This document shows, piece by piece, positions 1 to 12,783 of a stretch of DNA of 64,000 bases (positions within the stretch are counted from its first letter, which is position 1; every line of letters begins with the position of its first letter). The notes under the pieces were generated by a model. It was not told the DNA's origin and ran no database searches. It worked only from the letters and a program-made list of their open reading frames with translations. The position numbers and the translations under genes are program-made. The DNA is from Octopus vulgaris (taxonomy: Eukaryota), in assembly GCA_951406725.2 (NCBI GenBank), contig OX597822.1:31558001-31622000 (forward strand), in the 5' to 3' direction.

Positions 1-198
1 ATTAGTGAACAATAAGACTTCCTATGATTGCTTATTGTTGTGCTGAAACAAAGAAAGGTCATAAATACTTGCATGAAGGAAAAATAAATGCAATGTAAAT
101 GGGCCAATACATACCTACATACATACATACTTCTATTTCTAGTCAGTTGTATATCATGAGCGTTGTTGTCACTCAAGATATAACTTCATAATATGTAC

Positions 199-257
<59 letters not shown>

Positions 258-291
258 CATATATATGTTTATGTGTATATATATATATATA
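199..291. repeat. (TA)n microsatellite
   Basis: Long TA run, interrupted near 255-277. Confidence 0.95.
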
Positions 292-789
292 TTTGTAAGG
301 TCATTGGGTTCGTAGAAGCAAGGTGCATTAGTCTAAAAGTGTATCACGCCTAGTTTTTTGTTGCTTTTGTATTCATCAAGCTTTAAATTTCACCTTTGTC
401 TATTTTGAATTTAATCGTCCCATTGTCGCCTTTTAATAAGGGTGATAGACTGAGAAAGCTGTTAAGACGTCATACAAAATGACTAGTGAATTTCTAATTG
501 CCATACGTAACATTCTGAATTCAAACTCTGCATAGTTCAAAAGGATTAATATTTTTTGTGAGTGCAGTACTGTAAAATAAAATAAAGTAAAGTGCCGCTC
601 AAATAATGGAAGTCGGCTTAATGGGATAAATGTTCCGCATTCTTGCGGCATTTGTGCTACTGTTAAATGCAGATAAGGAATATAGACGACTAAGTTTGAA
701 TCATATGTCTTCAGGCTTCCTACGAAAAAGAAAAAAGAAAGCCTGTGATATTTTGCCTGAGTGCGGAACCCGCCTTGTACAATCCTGAG

Positions 790-930
790 TATGTTGAACA
801 GAATTCTTAACCAGATTTCTTCCGACTCATTTCTGAGTTCGAAATCCGCCTTACCCCATTTTGTCTTTCATCTTTTAGGAATCAATGAGATGTGTAACCT
901 CCTGGGCACTGACACTTTCCTCCCAAGTTT
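790..930 (-). mobile_element. Strongly diverged SINE family B fragment
   Basis: ttctgagttcgaaatccgccttaccccattttgtctttcatctttt resembles the family B core ttctgagttcaaattccgccgaggtcgactttgcctttcatcctttc. Strand and extent uncertain. Confidence 0.4.
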
Positions 931-973
931 CGGACATTTTGCAAATAGCAGAAATGATTTTATTATATTTTTC

Positions 974-1295
974 TAGTAGTAGTAGTAGTGGTAATGGTGC
1001 TGGTGGTGGTGGTGGTGGTGGTGCTGCTGCTGGTTATGGAGGTAGTAGTAGTATTGCTAGTGGTGGTGGTGGGTGTAGTAGTAATACTATTGGTGGTGGT
1101 GGTCGTAATATTAGTACTAGTGGTGGTGGTAGTGGTGATGGCAGCAGTAGTAGTACTAGTTGTAGTAATAGAATGTGTGGTGGTAATAGTATTGTTAGCA
1201 GTAGTAGTAGTAGCAGCAGTAGTAGTAGTAGTATCAGTAGTAGTAGTAGCAGTAGTAGTAGTAGCAGTAGTAGTAGTATCAGTAGTAGTAGTAGC

Positions 1296-1350
<55 letters not shown>
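974..1350. repeat. Compound (GTA)n/(GGT)n/(GCA)n trinucleotide tract
   Basis: Visible directly; explains the poly-S/G and poly-V ORFs. Confidence 0.95.
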
Positions 1351-1649
1351 AGCGCAGCGACGAATTACTTGGTGGTACTTCTGATGACCTTACTATTTCT
1401 CAGCTCATAATCTACAGCCTGGTTTAATGTTATATTTCGTCTCTCCGGGCTCGATTGTAATAGAATACAAATCAATTACTGCGAACGATATAATCGATGA
1501 AACCGCTCCAGGCCAATCAGCTGTAAAATGGCTGACCCTACATCGCTCCGCTTCTCAATCTAGCAGGAATGTCGTGATCCTTGTAAGCCATGGAGACCTG
1601 CTAGCCGGCCTTATGAGTCCTAGGACTCGTGATAGTATCGTCTATGGGT

Positions 1650-1812
1650 CGTTGTTGTTAATGCTGTTGTTGCTGATGATGTTGTTGTTGATGATGATGA
1701 TGAGGATAATGATCATCATCATCGTGGTCATGATCATGATGATGACTGTGATGATGATGGTGATGCTGATGTGATAGTGTTGTTGATGGTAATGATGCTG
1801 CTGCTGCTGATA

Positions 1813-1854
<42 letters not shown>

Positions 1855-1860
1855 ATGATA
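1650..1860. repeat. Degenerate (GAT)n/(GTT)n tract
   Basis: Visible directly. Confidence 0.9.
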
Positions 1861-2769
1861 TTACGACTCGCATTATAGTAACATTCCGTCTGGGTAGCCT
1901 ACGACTGGAAAAAATTATCTTTCTTATATACCCCCCCCCCACCAAATGGAAAATCGAAAAGTACATTTTTCTTTTAACGTTATACATTCCCACATGGTCT
2001 TTTTTTTTTGTTTACTCTATGATGATGATGATACATATGAATGCCGTTCAGAGTTTGTCGCCTTGTGCGACCTTTCCTTCAGGCAAAATGGTGACGAATT
2101 ATTTCTATGTTATCTTTCCTCACATGAACAGCAACGCATGATACGTGAACCCGGGCAGAATTAACCATAACCTTGAAACATATAAATTCTACAAAAACTA
2201 CTGCGCCGCTTTTTTTTTCCTCCCGCTTCTCTATCCCAAAAGAATATTTATTTTATTTCATGTATTTATTTATATTTATATTTCGTTCTTCGTATTCTTT
2301 TATATTCTCTTATATATTTATATCTGCCGCCACAACCCCAGACTCCCCCAACTCTCCACTAACATCAATTACAAGAATAAACTCATGTCAGTAAGTAGGT
2401 CAATATGTAATTTATTTCATTTTGGTTCTTTTATTTTTGTGGGTGAATATATTTCCTTTTTCCTCCTCTGCTCGTGTTCCACATTCATCTCTTTAAAAGA
2501 GAACTATTATATTATACAATTTCCAAATACTGACCCTCACTGACATTGTTTTCTAGAATTATAAAAGCATAAAGATATAATGATTGGTAAAATGAGCTCT
2601 CTATATTTATCATGTGTATTTTAAAAATTGTTTCTTATACGTACATGCATACGCATATGCTTCTTGGCAGCGAATAAATGTAGACACACAAGCACTTAAA
2701 CGCTGACACAAGTCACGCATAAAGCGACACACACACAAATACAGATAGACTGACAAAAAGACATATATG

Positions 2770-2857
2770 GAGAGATAGATAGATAGAGAGTGAGAGAGAG
2801 AGAGAGAGAGAGAAACAGATAGATAAACAGATAGATAAACAGATAGATAAACAGATT

Positions 2858-2905
<48 letters not shown>

Positions 2906-2914
2906 TATAGATAA

Positions 2915-3005
<91 letters not shown>
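2770..3005. repeat. (GA)n plus (GATA)n microsatellite
   Basis: Visible directly. Confidence 0.95.
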
Positions 3006-3286
3006 CCCAGTGTGGGTAAGAATTGTACTACACATTCATATGTTCCGTTTGATTATACTTCCTAACAATTAGGGCAGATTTTGCAATACATATGTACTTA
3101 CATACAATCATACATGTATGCACACACATACATTATATAAATACATTAATACTTTATTAAAACGCAGCATAAAATATCACAAAAACCGTTACTTGGAGTT
3201 TCCCGTTCCTGTCCGACAAATGGGAACGGGAAACTTAGAGTAACGTTCTTTGTGATATTTTTCCTCCTTTTTAATAAAGCATATTA

Positions 3287-3369
<83 letters not shown>

Positions 3370-3374
3370 ATATT

Positions 3375-3535
3375 TCTCCTTTTACGTGTGTCAGTCATTA
3401 AACTGCGGTTATGCTGGGGAATCGCCTTAAAGAATTTGTAGTTGAATGATTGGATTCCAGTACTTACTTTTTTTAAAGCCTAGTACTAATGCGACAGGCT
3501 TCTTTCAGTTTCCTACTACCAAATCCAGTCGCAGG
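3375..3535 (-). mobile_element. Internally deleted SINE family A remnant
   Basis: tcagtcattaaactgcggttatgctgg and cgacaggcttctttcagtttcctactaccaaatcc match family A segments at 21107-21513. Confidence 0.65.
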
Positions 3536-6500
3536 GCCGTAAGATGTAACAGAAACCCATGAAACTAAAGTATGTCACAGATGATTTGAGGCATGATTGA
3601 CTGGTAGTCGGATCAAATTTATATATCTATACATGTGGCACCAACTTTGACCTCATACTTTTATAGTATTAGATCAAAAGTCGATAATTTAAGACTAATA
3701 TCCAACGAAGAATTAAAACACGTAGTTGAAGACAGCACTCCAGAATGGCCAATGTCTAATGAATAAGATCAAATACCGAATAATATAGTTTTGAATATTT
3801 TTCAGTTCTTTTTGTTTTCCCATTACTTTTACCTCAAAACCCAGCAGCCTTCCGTACAGCAGTCATTACCGCCCACATCATTATTACCTTGTTAATATTA
3901 AGTAGGTGATAGCGGTTTTAAGGTCATCTCGTCTGCTGATTTCTGCTAAGTATCTCATGATGAAATAATTGCTTACTTCTCTGTTTAGATGGGCATTTGA
4001 CTCACATATAAAGGACACAGATGTGTGGGGGTATGTGAGGATGATGTTTGACTTAGATATGTCATTTTTTTTTCTGCGTATACTTTATTGGCTGTCGCAT
4101 TCTAAAGTTATGTAGCGTGCCTTTGCAATGATCTGCATATTATTGATGTAGTAATCATTCATTCTCTTTAGACTTATGCAGGCACTGTTTATTTTTGTTC
4201 CAGTGATGAAAGCACGGCTTAATTTTTATGTGTATTTATCATATCTTGGTCTACATCACGAAATCTGTACTTCCTCTCTCTCTTTCTCTCTTTGAGATGT
4301 AAGGATGTGGTAGATTGGAGGGTAATGAATAATTTGGTGTTGTTTCTAGTAAGTTTAGCGATTACATTGATGATTCGGCAGAGTGATATGACGGATGTGA
4401 AGCGATACTTTGTTCCGTATGATAGTTTAATATGCTTGCCGTATACAAAAGTGAACGGTCCGAAATACTAGGCCTCCGTCTGTCATGTTTCTTCATCTAT
4501 ATGCACAAAGTATGAGTAAACATCTCTCTTTAAAGACTTACAATTGCTCACACATGTCAGCATCCTTGATCACGCCGCAAATGTTGTACGACAGTAAACA
4601 ATTTCCTTAATGGTCGATATTGTTTGACAGATATCTCAAGGCTTTATTTTTTTATTCTTTTTGCATTCACCTCCGTAAGGGTTAAATTTCCTCTCGGCGG
4701 AACGTATACAACCCACCATTTTGTCCAGCGCCCTAAAGATTCTGAGCAAAGCGCTGTCATCAGATTGTTTATAAGAAAATTAGGCTTTCGAATAAAAATG
4801 TTGGAGATGAAAAATTAACTGATGCAACGTGGGAATGTGTTCTGGGTTAAAGAATAAGTTACTGAAATCATGCTACATAATTCCATTATTGCTCCCTGCC
4901 ATATTTTTGCATATAGTGTGACAATTTTTGGAGCTGTTTTGAGGCGCGTGGTGTGGAGCAAAGGCAATTTGGAGCGGGGCAGAATAGTTCCTGCGATGTA
5001 TTGAGAAGTGATTATTAATCCTTGAGCTTCAATGTGAAGTCTAGGGTAATATTTGCATAGAGGGTTCATATCTCCCGAAACAGGGAATTAAAAGTTAATT
5101 GTGACTGCACATTTTTTTCAGCTGATAAATTTTTGTGGATAAAACAAATTGTTGTGATTGGAGCTGTTGTATTTCTTGGCTTATATGGTCCCAGATGATC
5201 AGAACTTATGCAACAGTTCAGTGGGGTTCGAAAAAATGGTCTTTAATGAAGTGAGATGCTGAGATGCAACTTATAATCTCATAGGCGTTGTAAATAGTCA
5301 AAGTACTCTACTCTGAGAATTCTATAAGACTGAAAAGTCTTTTGGATGGCAAATAATAAAAAAAAACGGGGCCTTCTCTTGTATGAGAGCTTTGAGAAAT
5401 ATAAGCTTCCTCAAGGAATAAAGATTTTATCACAAATGACAACCAGTAGCGAAAGCAATTGTCAGTCTTCAGTGAACAATCAATATCTCTTACGTACCTC
5501 ATAGAATGAAAATGTTAGAGACGAAAAGAGATGCGATGTGTGAATGTCTTCTGAGTTAAAGAATAAGATTCAACGATTTATATATTGACTAGCTTCGGAA
5601 TAATGCTTTTGTGTGGTTTAGGGCAGTGTTTCTGAAGATGCACCATCCAGTGCTCAAGCTCTTTCCAACAATCATTATGTCGTACTTCGACTCCTCAGCC
5701 ACGTTAAACAATATATTGTTGAGCGAAGCAGCTTATTTCCTGTTGCTTCAGTGTAATCAACTGAAAGATGTATATCTGAGTGCTGGCACACGCTCATTTT
5801 CTCAACTGTCGTTACTTAGAATCCGTAGGAATCCATGCATTTTGAACGTATTTTGTTGCTAATATGCACCAACGTTTAACACGATTATGTGATGACATTT
5901 ATGTAATGAACGCCAAGTAATGCCAACCTAAAATTAATTTGAAATTAGAATACATTGAGCAAAGTATATAGTCAGAACCCGTTCTACTGCCCAGTGTGCA
6001 CATGAGTCTTTCAGCTCCATACCTTAGTTAGAACAATGACAACAATCAGCTGAATGATGTGTGGGAGGTTCAAGTAGGCATATATATTTGGTCTGAATGC
6101 AAGGTTAACTAAAGCAGTTAGTGAAATCATGGCACATGCTTCCGTTCAGACTCCGTGTGGCATTTTCGCGTACAGAGTGAAAATTCTTGATGTTGTTTGA
6201 AAGCGTGTGGAGCGAAGGAAATTGCTTTTAAGATTAGATTTCTGTCTGCTTCATATTATGTATAGCCTGGTGTTTGTGAAGAGGAGTCATGTATCGTGGT
6301 TTGATGAAGTAGATTGGTCAGACGGTCAGAAATTCAATAGAATACTGGTAATTGCGGAACGGACGACAATAAGTCATCGTATAACTACGAGAGTGCGATT
6401 CATTAAGGTGTTATATTGTGCACAATTCATTGTATTTATTGAGTAAATTACTATCATTTAGCAAATATGTTGGTTATGACGCTGTTGGCATTGATTTGTC

Positions 6501-6990
6501 TGTGGCGTTTGACAAATGAGAATAAGGGTGGCGAAAACAGGGAAGTATTAAGGGCCGAGGTGGTGGTGGCTATGGTAGCAATAGAGATGGTGATGTTGAT
6601 AGTTATAATAATGCTAACTGCTGCGATCGTGATAAATAATTATACTGGTGACGTAAGCAATGTTAAGTTCATCATTTGATGTATATATGAGCGTACACAG
6701 AAGTGATTGTGGTAGCGGTACTAGCTTTTGTTAGAATAAGTGTTGCAGACTGCTTGACCGAGTTCGATGTATAGACATACTGCTTCTTTCCTTATAGCAA
6801 TAATCTCTCACCTGCAACAAACTAATTTATTTCGTGTGGTTGTCGATCAGGGTACTAAAACTAATGTCCTCTTTGCTAATGCTAACACTACTGTAGTTGA
6901 TACACTTGCTAGCGACATGCAATTTGGGCTGACCTTCTAAAGATATCCAAGGAAGATACTAACGCCACGGTCGCATATACACTTAGGTGT

Positions 6991-7290
6991 GGAGGCACGT
7001 GGCCTAGTAGTTAGAGCAGCGGATTCGCGGTCGAGGGATCGCCATTTCGAATCTCAGACCGGGCGATGTGTGTGTTTATGAACGAAACACCTAAGCTCAA
7101 CGCGGCTCCGGCAGAAGGTAGTGGCGAACTTCTTCTGACTCTTTCGCCACAACTTTCTCTCACTCTTTCCTCCTGCATCTTGCAGCTCACCAGCGACGGA
7201 CCGGCGTCCTGTCCAGGTGGGGAACCTATACGCCAAGGAAACCGGGAAACCGGCCCTTAAGAGCCAGGCATGGTTCGAGAAAGAACAACA
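6991..7290 (+). mobile_element. tRNA-derived SINE family C (tail type 1)
   Basis: Head ggaggcacgtggcctagtagttagagcagcgg...tttcgaatctc has A/B-box-like motifs; homologous to copies at 8183, 24171, 24768 and 52661. Confidence 0.85.
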
Positions 7291-7344
7291 TATACACATA
7301 GGTAAAATATATACTCCGTGCCCGACAACAATTCTCAGAAAATA

Positions 7345-7488
7345 AATACATATATGGCATACAACCGTAAAAACTCGCTAAAACGAACACAGCAGTCTGG
7401 TGCAGGCTCCTGCCTGACCAGCTTCTGTCAAACCGTCCAACACATGCCAGCATGGAAGGCGGAGCTTAAAATATGACGACGATAATGA
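7345..7488 (+). mobile_element. 3' fragment of another SINE/LINE-tail repeat
   Basis: gtcaaaccgtccaacacatgccagcatggaaggcggagcttaaa followed by a (GAC/GAT)n tail; recognised from memory as an octopus repeat 3' end. Confidence 0.5.
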
Positions 7489-7530
7489 CAAAGACGTACA
7501 AATACAACAAAGAATATAAGCTATATAAAG

Positions 7531-7682
7531 TGTAGGAGTGGCTGTGTGGTAAGTAGCTTGCTTAACAACCACATATTTCCGAGTTCATTCCCACTGCGTG
7601 GCATCTTTTCTTCTACTATAGCCTAGCGCCAACCAAAGCGTTGTGAGTGGACTCCGTAGACGGAAACTGAAAGAAGCCGGCC

Positions 7683-7718
<36 letters not shown>

Positions 7719-7908
7719 GTGTGTGTGTGTGTGTGTGTGTTTGCCCCACCCCAACATCGCTTGACAACAGATGCTGGTGTGTTTACGTCCCCGTAATCTA
7801 GCGGTTCGGCATAAGAACCGATATAATAAGTACTAGGCTTACAAAGAATAAGTCCTGGGGTCGATTTACTCGACTAAACCCGGTGCTCCAGCATGGCCAC
7901 AGTCAAAA
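7531..7908 (+). mobile_element. tRNA-derived SINE family A with internal (TA)n(TG)n
   Basis: Head aggagtggctgtgtggtaagtagcttgct...gagttcattcccactgcgtggca; reverse complement of copies at 21107, 33615 and 36521. Confidence 0.9.
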
Positions 7909-8070
7909 GCTCCGCGAATAAGGGTTGTTTAAGGATGTTGAACGAAACACGCGTTTCCAGAGGTAAATTATTCAAACCCCAAAGAATTCCTCTAAGCACA
8001 TGGTTATGATGCTATCCCACTACTTCTGCTTGTGATCAGATATTGCCAATATTGTCAGCTACAATGGGAC

Positions 8071-8087
8071 ATTAATTATTATTATTA

Positions 8088-8146
<59 letters not shown>

Positions 8147-8178
8147 GTTATTGTTATTATTATTATTGTTGTTGTTAT
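8071..8178. repeat. (TTA)n microsatellite (second tract at 8482-8545)
   Basis: Visible directly; the two tracts bracket the SINE at 8183. Confidence 0.95.
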
Positions 8179-8182
8179 TTTT

Positions 8183-8474
8183 GGAGAGGCAATAGCCCAG
8201 TGGTTAGGGCAGCGGTATCGCCGTTTCGAATCCCAGACTGGGCGTTTTGTGTGTTTATTGAGCGAAAACACCTAAAGCTCCACGAGGGGTGGTGGCGATC
8301 CCCAGTTGTACTCTTTCGCCCCAACATTCTCTCACTTTTTTGTTCCTGTTTCTTGAATAACGCTGCGATGGACTGGCGTCCCGTCCAGCTGGGAAAGGGG
8401 AGGTGGGCATACGTCATAGAACCCGGGAAACCGGGCCTATCAACCTGGCTAGGCTTGAAAAGAGCGCATAAAAA
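8183..8474 (+). mobile_element. SINE family C (tail type 1) inserted in (TTA)n
   Basis: Shares head and the tail aacgctgcgatggactggcgtcccgtccagc...ctggctaggcttgaa with the 24171 copy. Confidence 0.85.
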
Positions 8475-8481
8475 ATGAAAA

Positions 8482-8536
<55 letters not shown>

Positions 8537-9228
8537 GTTATCCATTATTTTTTGGCTGCAAATACAGTACGAAAATTGTCACCCAACAGGCAGATTATAC
8601 GCCGTGTGTTTATAAACGTGGCCAAAATGTAAAATAATATATTAGGACAAGTTAAGCATTTATACAAAGATACGTAATGGCATACAACCCAGACAATTTA
8701 TAACACTTCTACTGAAGGGCATTTGTGATAAACATCATTAACAATTTTGAAAGTTGTTCAAAGACCGGTTATGGCCGATGGCGATGCCTTTTTTTCCGTG
8801 TCATTTTTCTGTAATTACACCTTTCTACATTCATGCTGTTGGGCTTTGTGGCAGTGTGCAGTAAATTTCGATACACGATTACGAAGAGAGTTGCGAAGAA
8901 CATTGGCATGTATTCAACAACCGCTACACATAATAATAAATAGTAGCAAACCTAAATTCGGCGAGAACTAAAACTGTGTAGTATAATGACCTAAAAGAGA
9001 TGATAGTTTAACTGAACAGTCTGTCAGATATAAACTAGTTGTCACAGGAAGAAACAGTAAAGTGAAAACAAAGAACATTTCAATGCTGTTATTAATGGCT
9101 TAACGAAAACAATGGACAGGGAGAATAGTATACGGTAACAGGTTTAATTGTTTTACAGTCATTAGTCTCAGAATACCTGATCTACAATAACATCAATGAC
9201 CATATTTTAACTTCAGTTTTATTGTAAC

Positions 9229-9738
9229 TATTAATTTGGTGGTTGTATAAATTCAACATAACGTGACAGTCCCGTAGAAGGAATTACACCACCGCTATAT
9301 AGCCCTAGGAAGCATCGACGCTTCCTGTGGGCTTTGACACATTTACTATGTCCTTATATTTGCAAAGGGGACGCAAGCACCCCAACCAGCTAGGACTAGC
9401 AACCTGAAAACATACATGCTTCTGGGTCTTGCCTGTCATCAGTCCAGGATAGCGAGTCCCCGCTAGCGGTGATACTTGCCAAGCCTTCGCAAATATATCT
9501 ATTTACAGTGAAATCTATTCACTGGTAACCGTAATTAGAAATATTGATTTTGTAAATGTCTCAAAGAGATATGAGCGATAGAGTGGTTGTATAATGTCAA
9601 CATAACGTGACAGTCCCGTAGAGGGAATTACACCACAGCTATATAGCCCATAGATTTCACTGTAAATAGATATATTTGCGAAGGCTCATGTCTCTTTGAG
9701 ACATTTAGAAATTCAATATTTCTAATATTAATTTGGTG
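9229..9738 (-). mobile_element. Non-autonomous ribozyme-bearing retroelement (retrozyme/Penelope-like): 344-bp unit, partial second unit and inverted segment
   Basis: 13-bp flanking direct repeat tattaatttggtg (9229-9241, 9726-9738); 67-bp direct repeat (9239-9305 vs 9583-9649, 4 mismatches); inverted repeats 9482-9518/9650-9686 and 9534-9576/9684-9726; hammerhead-like motif. Confidence 0.6.
9403..9448 (-). ncRNA. Type I hammerhead ribozyme-like motif (probably degenerate)
   Basis: Minus strand CCUGGA-CUGAUGA-CAGGCAAGACCCA-GAA-GCAUGUAUGU-U-UUCAGG: 6-bp stem I, intact CUGAUGA and GAA, stem III GCAU/AUGU. Stem II is weak and position 15.1 is G instead of A. Confidence 0.55.
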
Positions 9739-10146
9739 TTGTTTGTTTTGTAGTTACTAAGGAATCGAGCTGAAAGAAATTGTCAGTGTGCTGGAAAGAG
9801 AACAGGTCCTGAATAGATGCCTCGCTTTAACTGTTCTGATTTCTAATTCATGTTACGTCGGCGTTGCTTCTTGGTGTTGATTACGTAAACATCACTCTAG
9901 CACTAGGGTATATTGACAGAAAAAGAAAAATAACACCGTTCAAAATACATGGTTTTCTAAGAATTCTAACATTCTTATTTTCACAAACAAATCTATTGGA
10001 GTCAGTGAAAATGTTTCCGGTCTTTTACTAATTTCTGTGTTCGAGTTTTATCTTGCGATTTTTCAACGACGTTAATGTCGTTAGAATACATTTGCATTGA
10101 TAAGATCTTTTATTGCCTATCCAAAAATGCTGTCATTTCGTTTGTA

Positions 10147-10272
10147 TTAATAATAATAGTGATAATAATAATAATAACAACAACAATAATAATAATAATA
10201 ATTCTGATTATTATTATTATTATGATTACTGAAGGCGGCAGCAGTATTATTAGTAGCAGCAGCAGCAGTACC

Positions 10273-10310
<38 letters not shown>

Positions 10311-10312
10311 AT

Positions 10313-10371
<59 letters not shown>
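10147..10371. repeat. Compound (TAA)n/(TTA)n/(GCA)n/(GTA)n tract
   Basis: Visible directly. Confidence 0.95.
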
Positions 10372-10372
<1 letters not shown>

Positions 10373-10576
10373 AGGTGGCGAACTGGGAGAATTGTTTGTA
10401 CGCGGGATAAATTATTTAGCAGCACTTTGTCCACCTTTCGGTACTAAGTTCAAATGCTGTCGACGTCGAATTTACTCTTCTTCCATTTGGGCTCGATAAA
10501 ATAAGTACCAATCAAGCAATGAGGTCGCTATAATACCACACAAAAATCCAGGCCTTGTGCCTATAGAAGAAAGAAT
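10372..10576 (+). mobile_element. Diverged SINE family B
   Basis: aaggtggcgaactggg...agttcaaatgctgtcgacgtcga...ctcgataaaataagtacca...ggccttgtgcctatagaagaaaga. Confidence 0.7.
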
Positions 10577-11205
10577 TATTCTTATTGTTGCCATCATTAA
10601 TATAGAAAGGGAATATTTTTAGAATTTCTAAATAAATAACCTCAAGAATTATCAAATTTGGAAATTTAGATTAGCTTGGCGCATATTCAAGTGAGCTGAA
10701 CCTTCTAGCCCATCTCAAAGGGAATCATTCACAAACATTATATACTCACTGTCTTCTTATGTAAAAACAAAAAAAAATACAAGTTTGAAACAAGCGATCA
10801 AGAACATAGTCGTGTTTTTAATAAATTTAACACATAGAAAGCACACACACATACTCACGCACTCAGATACATACCTACATATTTATTTGTATGTATATAT
10901 TAATTTGCGTACATGTGTGAGTGTATCTGTGTGCGAGTGTGTATGAGTGTGTGCGTATGCTTACGTATGTGTGCTTGTATGTATGTTTTCATCGTCAAAC
11001 AACTTTAACATCTCTCAATACATGAGAATATATTGTTTATTATTGTAATCATCAGGAAGTTATAAACGTATCTCATGAGGGGAGGGCGTGACAATTCTAT
11101 GTTTGGTACTTATTAACTTTCATAAATCCCATGCATAAAACTGTATATTGATATTGAGTGATATTGAGTCACTTTCACTACAGTGCGCCGAACTATATAC
11201 ATATA

Positions 11206-11427
11206 TATTTCTTTACTACCCACAAGGGGCTAAACACAGGGGGGACAAACAAAGGGATTAATCGATTATATCGACCCCAGTGTGTAACTGTTACTTAATT
11301 TATCGACCCCGAGAGGATGAAAGGCAAAGTCGACCTCGGCGGAATTTGAACTCGGAACGTAACGGCAGACGAAATACGGCTACGCATTTCGCCCGGCTTG
11401 CTAACGTTTCTGCCAGCTCGCCGCCTT
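11206..11427 (-). mobile_element. SINE family B (tRNA-like head, Meta-domain-like centre)
   Basis: Minus strand aaggcggcgagctggcagaaacgttagc...gagttcaaattccgccgaggtcgactttgcctttcatcctctcggggtcgataaattaagta. Confidence 0.9.
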
Positions 11428-11480
11428 ATATATGTTTGTGTGTGTGTGTGTGTGTTTGTGCATATGTGTGTGTATGTGTG

Positions 11481-11528
<48 letters not shown>

Positions 11529-11542
11529 GGTATCTCTGTGTC

Positions 11543-11593
<51 letters not shown>

Positions 11594-11775
11594 GGAGAGA
11601 GAGAGACGGAGAGATAGATAGATGGATAGATATATGTATATTCACATATGAATATATATAAATATATATACATACGTACATGTATGTGTATATATATATA
11701 TATGTACATATATGCACACATCATATGTATGTATGTATATATATATGTATGTATATATATATATATATATATGTA

Positions 11776-11842
<67 letters not shown>

Positions 11843-11880
11843 TTATATATATATATATATATATGCATGAGTGTGTATCA
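11428..11880. repeat. Compound (TG)n/(TA)n/(GA)n microsatellite block
   Basis: Visible directly. Confidence 0.95.
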
Positions 11881-12719
11881 TTTAATGTTTATATGTACGT
11901 ATGTACCTTTGAATGTACGTATATGTTCGGAAAATATTTGGAATGCACTGCGATTAATTGAATAATCACTGCGATCTTGTATACCATATTTCTAAGAATA
12001 GTTTCATCACATACACACAGATACACCCAAAAATACACATATGTACACATACAAGCACAGAGACAAACACACGTTGACGTGTCTATATGTTTGTAAGGGG
12101 CGATGGATTTAAGATGTTGGTACGTATTCAATCCAAATTTAATTTATCATTTCGTGATGGGGAAACCATAACGAATGAACAAATATACTTCATACATTTA
12201 CTACACATATTTGATCACCAAATACACAACCCTATAGAAAATTCTATAAAAACTAAGTCGATTAATTTTGAGGATTTATTCTCTTTCATGTTGCGTTTTG
12301 AATGCATGAACAAATCACTTATATGCAGGCAAACATAGATCCACATCTCTCAATCTTTCACTATATGAATGCATACGTACATACATTAAATAATAAATGC
12401 ACGCATACTTACTTACATACTTACATCCTTATATTTATTCGTACAGGCATACATACATATATGCACGCACGCGCACATACACACATTCACATACACATTC
12501 ACACATACACACTCACATATATACGTATGCATATGTGTATGTTTGTGTCATAACTCTATCTTTGCCTATGTACGTACACATCTCTCGAAACAACAAATAT
12601 ATGTAATATCTACTTATTAATACATTCCTCTATTCACCTATGTATATATCTGTGTACCTATATATGTAATTTTATATACATATATGTATGTATATGTATA
12701 CGTACACACACACACACAC

Positions 12720-12783
<64 letters not shown>

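Noticed and set aside
885-1427. 180-aa Ser/Gly-rich ORF and overlapping poly-Val ORF
   Set aside because: Translation of a (GTA)/(GGT) microsatellite, which lacks stops in two frames; the 5' part overlaps a SINE relic.
3900-5500. Possible very old LINE (CR1/L2-like) on the minus strand
   Set aside because: Only faint compositional hints; no RT motif could be read with confidence.
7909-8070. Possible additional dispersed repeat between SINE A and (TTA)n
   Set aside because: No second copy or structural hallmark in this window.
9239-9649. CRISPR array or LTR pair
   Set aside because: Only two repeats, no spacer series or cas genes, and no TG...CA termini, PBS or PPT.
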